From contig JAXLNO010001219.1 in assembly GCA_038087875.1 (NCBI GenBank), positions 62,001-103,901 of the forward strand: 41,901 nt of DNA, given 5' to 3'. Below are positions 12,601 through 19,264 of this stretch, piece by piece (position 1 is the first letter of the stretch; each line of letters starts with the position of its first letter). A program made the position numbers and the translations under genes. The DNA comes from Malacoraja senta (lineage: Eukaryota). Under the pieces are notes generated by a model, which ran no database searches, was not told the origin of the DNA, and saw only the letters and a list, made by a program, of their open reading frames with translations.

Positions 12601-14863
12601 AACAAGTTCTTCCATTTGCTGCTTTTCAGAGAGCGCTTCCTGCAGTATTCACCATGACTTCTCCTTCACTAACCTCATCCCATGCTGTGAGATGAATATA
12701 GTTGCCAAACCCAAGTCTTGCAGTTTAGCTTGGTTGACACTTGCTCTGGTGTGGTGCTGATAGGTAAATGCATTATGAATTATGGGATAAGACACCCCCC
12801 CTTGATATCACTTATGGCAACACCTTGCCATTGGTGGGGTCACGCACCAACAATTCGCTGGCGCAGAATGTGAGAAAAGTCTTGAATCAGACCGAATACA
12901 GCGAACTGAGTTAACTCAATCAATCAATCAATCAATCAACCGTTATTGTCATTTTAAACATTTCACACATAAATAAAAACAATAAAAACACTCCAAAATA
13001 ATAATAATCAATAAATAAATATATAAATAAAACAATCCAGTCCCTGATAAAAACAATACGAATAGCTAAAAAGTGCAGGTAAAAAAACAGCAACATTAAA
13101 ATACAAGTAAAAACATTCATAAATAACTGACGCTCCCTTACACATTGAACCTTGAAAACATTGTTTTTTTAAATTATCCCTGAATATTCCATCATAATAC
13201 AGTCATGAAAGTGGGAACACTTTGTTATTTATCTTGTTACAATTGAAATAGGTCTGGCTTTCTATCACACTCTTGCGATAGGAAATAAGAATATTAATAA
13301 AACGCACGCCGCTATTAGCGAACCTTTAACCGATTTTTCGAACACACACCATCCACACACCTACCGCGTTAATCCAAGTAATATCGAGGGGGCGAGATTA
13401 AGCATTAACATTTTTAATTTATTTTATTACTTGGCCTCATCCGTTTCCATATTTATTGTCCCACCTCCCTTCCACCATTAGAATTGATCCCTTTTAATTA
13501 ATCTATCCATATGGATTTTATTATAATCTTCCTTGCAGCTGCATTTTCTTTCTTCCAGGGTATTACACTGTTCTTTGTATCTTTCACACATCCACAGTGT
13601 TCCCTTTCCCGTGACTCCCAGTCTGAAGAAGGGTCTCGACCCGAAACGTCACACATGGGGTCATGCAGCAAAGATTCGGTGGCGCAGAAAGTGAGAAACC
13701 AGCCTTGAATTCAACCGAATACACCGAACTGTCTTAACTGACGCTCCCTTACACATTGAACCTTGAAACCTCTCCCGCTGTGTTTCGCCAGCATTGTGTG
13801 TCACTGAATTCACTGCTCCATCTGCTGACTTATTTCTCTGTCTTCTCCGAATCCATTTAACCGTCTAATCTCTGATACCCAGTATTGTAGATATGCTCCA
13901 GCAAAGAGGTCAGTAATTGGTGATCATAGGTTGTCCCCCCCCCCCCAGTCCAACACCCGTTCTTTCTCCAAGATGATCTCCATTGGCTCTGCTGCTTCGC
14001 CCCGCTCCACTTCACTAAGATTATGAAGCAAATAACAGGTAAATGTTTCAAAGATAAATCGTCACGTTTCCTCCCATTGATTCTGTATCTCTTGCCCTTT
14101 GCCCAGTTACATCTCATGGAATGTGGGGCGCTGGTTGTTCTTTCTCCTGCTTGTGCTCTGGAGTATCTCAACCGCGGTGTTCACAAGAGGCTGTAAGGTA
14201 GGTTTTATTATCATCATGTTCATAAATTATAGGAGCAGAATTGGTCCATTCAGCCCATTATATATAATCCGCCCCCAATCACGACTATTCTAGCCTTCGC
14301 TCCCGATCCATCCTCCTGCCTTCACCCTATAACCCTTGACATCCTTATTTATGAGGAATATGAAAATCTCCGGCTTAAAAATATCAATTGATTTGGATAG
14401 GTACAAAAATACTGGAGTAACTCAGCGGGACAGGCAGTATCTCCGGAGTGGATTGATATGGCCTCCACAGCCTCCTATGGTAATGAAATCCATTGATTCA
14501 CCACCCTCTGCCCAAAACAATCCATTCTCTTCGCCGAATGTATCCAAACGGTTTCCATTAATGCTTTCAAATATCCTGTCCATTGATATAAACAAAAGTC
14601 GTGCACGTTTTCATAACCTGAAGTTAAACCAAATCACTATGTAGATGATATCATGTGGTTTTGTCAGGTTGTACGTGTGCTGGGTGGATTTCTGTGCGCG
14701 GTGTGGATTCGTTGGGGTCCATCTTCCAGACAGCCATGTGTTGGGGGTGGTCGGGTCAAATAAAGCGTGGTTCCCACTGTCAGTGAGTCTGATGACTTCA
14801 CATTGTCTTTTGCAGAGACGCGATGAATCAGAACCTCGCCACTCGACACACGAATTAGAATGA
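322..14863 (+). CDS. Gene A (5'-truncated by window): multi-domain CD300/pIgR-like V + FCRL-like C2 receptor; join(322..636,4579..4893,6950..7270,8980..9291,10459..10779,11763..11811,14107..14197,14816..14863)
   Basis: All exons have AG/GT boundaries with compatible phases (1-1 for Ig exons, then 1-2, 2-0, 0-stop) and an open frame throughout. Confidence 0.82.
838..2250 (-). mobile_element. CR1-type LINE, 5'-truncated
   Basis: RT motifs GVPQGSVLGPQLFTIYINDL and KFADDTKL, C-terminal SYEERLKRLGLYSLE; (AGAAACAT)n tail at about 838-858. Frame is broken. Confidence 0.93.
2470..3452 (+). mobile_element. Penelope-like element remnant
   Basis: Translates to RDPTTRHIFPSPPLSAFRRDRS and GIY-YIG-like CSRCELLYIGETKRRL; degenerate. 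Confidence 0.8.
4579..4893 (+). CDS. Gene A Ig V-type exon (V2)
   Basis: Acceptor cctttcag|CT, donor G|gtacgt, 315 nt; four-Cys V domain; N-glycosylation sequon NLT. Confidence 0.93.
5230..6010 (+). mobile_element. Penelope-like element remnant
   Basis: TFTCISSNLIYSIRCSRC..TKRRLGDRFAE fragments; same 3' tail as other copies. Confidence 0.75.
6050..6790 (+). mobile_element. Highly decayed CR1 LINE 3' fragment
   Basis: Weak similarity by eye to the CR1 ORF2 C-terminus and 3' region of the other copies. Confidence 0.5.
6950..7270 (+). CDS. Gene A Ig C2-type exon (C2a), FCRL/PECAM-like
   Basis: Acceptor ttcccacag|AA, donor G|gtgagt, 321 nt. Translation EPISAPVL..GGSVSVSCESLRGSLPIHYTWF..RYYCTAAN. 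Confidence 0.9.
7625..8095 (+). mobile_element. Penelope-like element, GIY-YIG endonuclease C-terminus plus 3' tail
   Basis: Open frame ETKRRLGDRFAEHLRSVRNNQPELPVAQHFNSPSH..KLEEMHLIFRLGSLHPGGLNVEF. Confidence 0.88.
8980..9291 (+). CDS. Gene A Ig V-type exon (V3)
   Basis: Acceptor tttcag|GT, donor G|gtaggt, 312 nt, open frame; KCWC and GVTGWYRC variants. Confidence 0.9.
9890..10332 (+). mobile_element. CR1 LINE 3' fragment
   Basis: Decayed match to the CR1 ORF2 end; (CTATGATT)n tail at about 10315-10340. Confidence 0.7.
10459..10779 (+). CDS. Gene A Ig C2-type exon (C2b), FCRL/PECAM-like
   Basis: Acceptor tttcccacag|AC, donor G|gtaagt, 321 nt. Translation DPVSVPVL..VTVSCESVSGSLPISYTWY..QYYCTASN; several N-x-S/T sequons. 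Confidence 0.92.
11404..11575 (-). mobile_element. tRNA-derived SINE (partial)
   Basis: Reverse complement GGCACAGTAGCGCAGCGGTAGAG..GGGTTCGATCCTGACT carries A- and B-box-like motifs. Confidence 0.78.
11763..11811 (+). CDS. Gene A Cys-containing linker micro-exon (GHEYSCENSITSNYSA)
   Basis: Acceptor ttttatttccttgttccaacag|, donor AAG|gtaaac, 49 nt. Converts phase 1 to phase 2, exactly what the TM exon needs. Confidence 0.75.
11946..12310 (+). mobile_element. Degenerate tRNA-derived SINE
   Basis: Decayed match to the SINE at 16631-16953. Confidence 0.6.
12917..12937. repeat. (CAAT)n microsatellite
   Basis: Direct reading; copy at about 37251-37272. Confidence 0.85.
14107..14197 (+). CDS. Gene A transmembrane exon (YISWNVGRWLFFLLLVLWSISTAVFTRGCK)
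   Basis: Long pyrimidine tract ending gcccag|T (phase 2), donor AAG|gtaggt. Hydrophobic stretch with an N-terminal Arg. Confidence 0.8.
14816..14863 (+). CDS. Gene A terminal cytoplasmic exon (RRDESEPRHSTHELE*)
   Basis: Acceptor cattgtcttttgcag|, phase 0 matching the TM donor, TGA at 14861-14863. Confidence 0.68.
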   Translation, partial: RRDESEPRHSTHELE

Positions 14864-15263
14864 AGACTCCTAGCTTGCACCAACAGTGAGGGAATTCTGC
14901 ACCGCGATGAAATATTTATGCATCATCCTGCTTTGTCAACTGATACCAATTGGACGAATATATGTATCTTGCAATTCAACGAACGGTTTCATGAAAGTGA
15001 CTTCAAAGCAATGTTCCAAACTTTCCAAACCATATCTGTTTCCAAAACTCATTTACCGCACTGGTCTTAATGTTTGTCACCTCTTCCAAGGTTTCTTTCA
15101 TCACCTTCGAACTATTGTTTTAACCTCTGCGTGGTTTCTGCTGCTCAAAAGTCTTATACCCTGTTAAAATATATTATATGCATTCAACTTCCTGGAAAAA
15201 AATGTTTTCGCTGACAAATGAATAATTATGCATCAGGATGCTTCTTAATAAATTTTTGTTGTC

Positions 15264-15269
15264 AATAAA
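15264..15269 (+). terminator. Candidate polyadenylation signal, gene A
   Basis: AATAAA about 400 nt after the stop codon, followed by T/GT-rich sequence; preserved in copy B. Confidence 0.4.
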
Positions 15270-15469
15270 TGGTTTGTCTAATTTGTTTTGTTTAGACTGT
15301 AAATTTAGTGTTGAAGAACAGACTGAAATCAGATTGCTGGAGATTTCTCCTGTTGCCAAACGTTAAAGGCGTTAAGGAATGGCAATGATTAATCTTTCAG
15401 ACCATGCTATCCCATCAGAACAAAACTCCCGATGCTGGTTTAAACTGAAGATAGACATAAATTGCTGGG

Positions 15470-16440
15470 GTAACTCAGAGTGACAGGCGGCATCTGTGGA
15501 TATATGAGGTAAGTTTAGGCGGACTCAGCGGCGGTATTCAACGAATTGATCGCCGATCCTGCGCTTGTTCTCGCTTCTCGGCGATCGCTTCGCTGAACAG
15601 CTCCGCTCAGTCGGCCTAAACCTACCTGACATCCCGGTCAATAGACAATAGACAATAGACAATAGGTGCAGGAGTAGGCCATTTGGCCCTTCGAGCCAGC
15701 ACCTCCATTCAATGTGATCATGGCTGATCATCCCCAATCAGTACCCCGTTCCAGCCTTCTCCCTATATCCCCTGACTCCGCAATTTTTAAAAGCCCTATC
15801 TATCTCTCTCTTGAAAGCATCCAGAGAACCTGCCTCCACCGCCCTCTGAGGCATAGAATTCCACAGACTCACCACTCTCTGTGAGAAAAAGTGTTTCCTC
15901 GTCTCCGTTCTAAATGGCTTACTCCTTATTCTTAAACTATCGCTCCTGGTTCTGAACTCCCCGAATATCGGGAACACGTTTCGCTAAACAGTTTAACTCC
16001 CCCTCCCATTCCCACACTGACATTTCTATCCTGGGCATCCTCCATTGTCAGAGTGAGTCCCAGCGCAAATAGGTGGAACAGCACCTGATATTTCGCTAGG
16101 GCAGCTTACACCCCAGCGGTGTGAACATTGACTTCTCTAACTTCAAGTAACCCTTGCTTTCCCTCTCAATCCAGCCCCCCAATTACCAGCTCTCCGATCA
16201 GTCTGACAGTCTCCGACTACATTTTACCTCTCATTGCTTTGTTGTTATCTTCTCCCAGCTAACAATGATCTATTCTACATTTTCCTTGAGCTTCACCCCC
16301 TTTGTCCCGTTTTCACACCTTACAATTCCTAATCTAATTATCTCCACCTCCCTTGACTTCAGTCTGAATAAGGGTCTCGATCCGAAACGTCACCCATTCC
16401 TTTCATCCATAGATGCTACCTGTCCCAATGAGATACTCCA
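15470..16440 (+). mobile_element. Penelope-like remnant interrupted by a CR1 fragment
   Basis: LGDRFAE.. at about 15585-15638 resumes at about 15980 (CTAAACAGTTTAACTCCCCC). Confidence 0.72.
15639..15978 (-). mobile_element. CR1 LINE 3' fragment nested in Penelope
   Basis: (CAATAGA)n tail; ORF 15738-15977 FRTETRKHFFSQRVVSLWNS. Confidence 0.85.
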
Positions 16441-16630
16441 GCATGTTGTACAACAATATTTTTTTGATTAAATGATTGAAAGAAACAGCATGGATACTGA
16501 CCATTTGGCCCACTGAGTCCACGTCAACCAGCAATCAACCCTTTCACAGTAATGTTGATAAACATTTTATTGCTGCAACGAGTTATTCATTTTGTCCACC
16601 GTACAAAAGAGTTAATGGACTATAAATAAT

Positions 16631-16953
16631 GGCCAAGGTGGCGCAACGGTAGAGTTGCTGCCTTACAACGCTTGCAGTGCGGGAGACCCAGGTTCGATCC
16701 CGACTACGGGAGCTGTGTGTACGGAGTTTTTACGTTCCACCGTGACCGCGTGATATTTCTCACAGATCTTCGATTTCCTCCCACACTACAAAGACGTACA
16801 GGTATGTAGGTTAATTGGCTTGCTATAAATGTAAATTGTCCACAGTGTGTGTGGGATAGCGTTATTGTGCGGGGATCGCTGGTCAGTGTGGACTCGGTGG
16901 GCCGAAGGGCCTGTTTCCGCGCTGTATCTCCAAACTAAACTAAACTAAACTAA
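16631..16953 (+). mobile_element. Full-length tRNA-derived SINE
   Basis: A-box TGGCGCAACGG, B-box GGTTCGATCCC, (TAAAC)n tail. Confidence 0.88.
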
Positions 16954-19100
16954 ATTAGTGGAAAGTCTATTCTTGTGCCGAACAAAATGGTTGAGTTGCA
17001 GCTTGCAAAGCCCGGGGTGTGAAACTGCAAATACATTGTGTTGCTTTCTTCAGTCTGACTTGTGACTGTAACCCCGCCCATGAAAGAACTGTGAAGGATG
17101 TTGTTTGAATATAAGAAATGGTGACCTGCAAAAACGGAGTAACCACCATAAAGTTCCGAAAGAGTCAAGGATTGCTTTGGGTAAAATGTCCCACTTATAA
17201 AGATAAATATTATCCACACAGTAAGCAGGGAGACGAGGAAATGAGACCAGAGGCTGCTTTGAACTCATAAACCCCCATGTTAGGGATATCCGAGGAGTGC
17301 TGAATAGCCAGAGATACTTGCAGATTCTGTGGTCACATTGATGCTGCCTGGCCCCTTTCAACTCGAGCTTGTTGATGGTCTAATGGGAGGAATGAACTTG
17401 AATTGGATCTTACCCCACTGCTAGACATCCCAAAGTGCCTCATAGATAGTGAGAGGTAAACAGTCTGAGATGCGACAGATAGACACAAAATACTGGAACA
17501 ACTCAGCGGGATAGGCAGCATCACAGCAGGGAAAGAACGGGTGACATTTCGGGTCGATGCCACTATTGTGTTTAGTGATGGGTACTGGCTTGCAATGTAC
17601 TTTAATCTAATATGTTCAAACAGTCATTTATTTCTTTACACTGATTTGTTCTGCAGTGCTGACACTTTGCTCGCGCTGCTGAAAAAAAGGGTGTGTAGAT
17701 TCGTAACTCTGAACAGCATCTTGCGAGCAGCTCGCTGTAAAACTGTTTGCTGAGAAGTGTTTGCAGTAGTCATGGGTCAAAGGCGAATGTAGACAGAATT
17801 CAATTGTTCTGCTGCATCGTCCGTTCCTCTCTGCAGTGTTTTTAGGTGGGCAAGTATGCAGGAAATAGCTCCTAACAAAAGATCCTTTACTGAGGGTCGC
17901 CAACGCTCAGCTAACACCAGTGGCGGACTCATCAGTGTGTTACACCCATAGTACGTGATACACAACATTGCCACAGATGTACACAACCAGAATAAACGAC
18001 ACTGTTCCACTAAAAGTGACACACCAGAACGATAGACGGCAGCAGATATTAGGTTATATTATAATGCAACTAGTTGCCTACAGAATGAATTCGTTGCAAG
18101 CAGATGTACAAAATCAGCCAATGGAATGTACACGAACACAACCCTGATAATGTATTCGCTCTGCATTGTAAAGAAGACAAGTTAATAATTCAATTCGCCG
18201 TGCATATTCTACCTTGCTTTAACTTCACTAAGTGTATCACTTCGCCCTTGTTGAGTTACATTACACATGTCAGTTACATTCCACATCCCGCTTTCCCAGC
18301 TGATCTCCATCCTGTGGTAATTCTAGACAAACTTCTTCACAGTCCTCCAGACCGTTAATTTTCTATTTTCAAAATGTGAATACCATGACAATAGTGTTTC
18401 AAATTTGAATTGAAGAGTTGAAGCAGAGAGGAGAGGGTCAAACTCCAATTAACCTCAGCTGATTTCAGATGAAAATCCCCTACTTCCTAACGCCAGCTTC
18501 CTGTTTTGCCCCTTGTCAACAGTAATAAGCAAAAACAAAAGTTCCAATTATTATATTTTTGATCTGCCGGTCCACTTACAAAATCATCAAGAGGGAATGA
18601 TCGGGAAGTGTACACATCTTAGGCGTTTCTACAATTCTAAATCGTCATATTTTATCCAACGTATCATTGTTTACATGAAGGGGCCCGACCCGAAACGTCA
18701 CCTAACCATTTTCTCCAGAGGTGCTGCCTGGCCCGCAGAGTTCCTTATGAATTTTTTTGTCTATCATTATTTCCACCACTTTTCAGTGTTAACAGACTCT
18801 GAGTACAGAGATAATCGCCGCTGCATCCTAACGGATACATCACACTTGACGAAGTGGTTGAAGCAGCTGCAATAACAACATGTAACGAGCACTTGGACAG
18901 TTCCACGTATGGGGAAGGTTTGGGGAGTTTCGTGTTGAACGTGGGAAAATCTGACTAACTTAGATGAGCACATTGGTCTAACGCGTTGGGGAGAAGGGCC
19001 TGTTTCCGTGACGTATGACTGTGATCATCCGACCCAACCATTTGTTAAATATAACCCTGATCCTTTCACACTGTAACGTGTCGAGCTGCTGCTGGCTCGC

Positions 19101-19227
19101 TGTGGTTCACGATCTGAAGTCCTGTTCCCTTCTTCGTCGTTGCTATTCGAGAGATGAGGTTGTATCTGAGAGCTACGAGCTGAGCGACAGACTGACAAGT
19201 GCTGACCTCGTCACTGTGGATAAAACA
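19101..19227 (+). promoter_or_regulatory. Putative proximal promoter/5'UTR of gene B
   Basis: Unique sequence just upstream of the leader ATG; RUNX-type TGTGGTT at 19101-19107. Transcription start unknown. Confidence 0.3.
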
Positions 19228-19264
19228 ATGTGGATTCCCATTCTTCTCATCTCCTCGCTGCCGG
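19228..19264 (+). CDS. Gene B leader exon (MWIPILLISSLP-G)
   Basis: aaaacaATG (A at -3), hydrophobic peptide, phase-1 donor G|gtgagt. Splices to V0 to give the signal peptide MWIPILLISSLPGAVWA. Confidence 0.87.

Larger units (their letters stand above)
1..17566 (+). repeat. Segmental tandem duplication, copy A (pairs with 23756-41901)
   Basis: Position 1 matches 23756 and 17566 matches 41901. Offset is about 23754 at the left end and 24333-24335 from about 3.2 kb onward. The ORF track repeats almost verbatim. Confidence 0.97.

Noticed and set aside
12630-12760. Exon from the strong acceptor ttttcag|12630, or GPI-like ending SLAWLTLALVWC*
   Set aside because: The phase required by the upstream micro-exon hits TGA after nine codons; the hydrophobic frame needs an unlikely third AG.
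13511-13708. Hydrophobic ORF MDFIIIFLAAAFSFF as a TM exon
   Set aside because: Low-complexity T-rich sequence running into a Penelope-type tail; no convincing splice sites.
14907-14954. Signal-peptide-like MKYLCIILLCQLIPIG
   Set aside because: No GT donor at the expected position (CCA A|TTGG) and it lies in the presumed 3'UTR of gene A; at most a dead leader.
16631-16715. tRNA gene
   Set aside because: The tRNA-like head continues into a SINE body and (TAAAC)n tail; no complete cloverleaf.
16950-17219. Minus-strand leader-like WIIFIFISG
   Set aside because: Starts at GTG, and no Ig or other exon follows on the minus strand.
17600-18500. Several 70-90 aa ORFs in the intergenic spacer
   Set aside because: No recognisable domain or splice structure.
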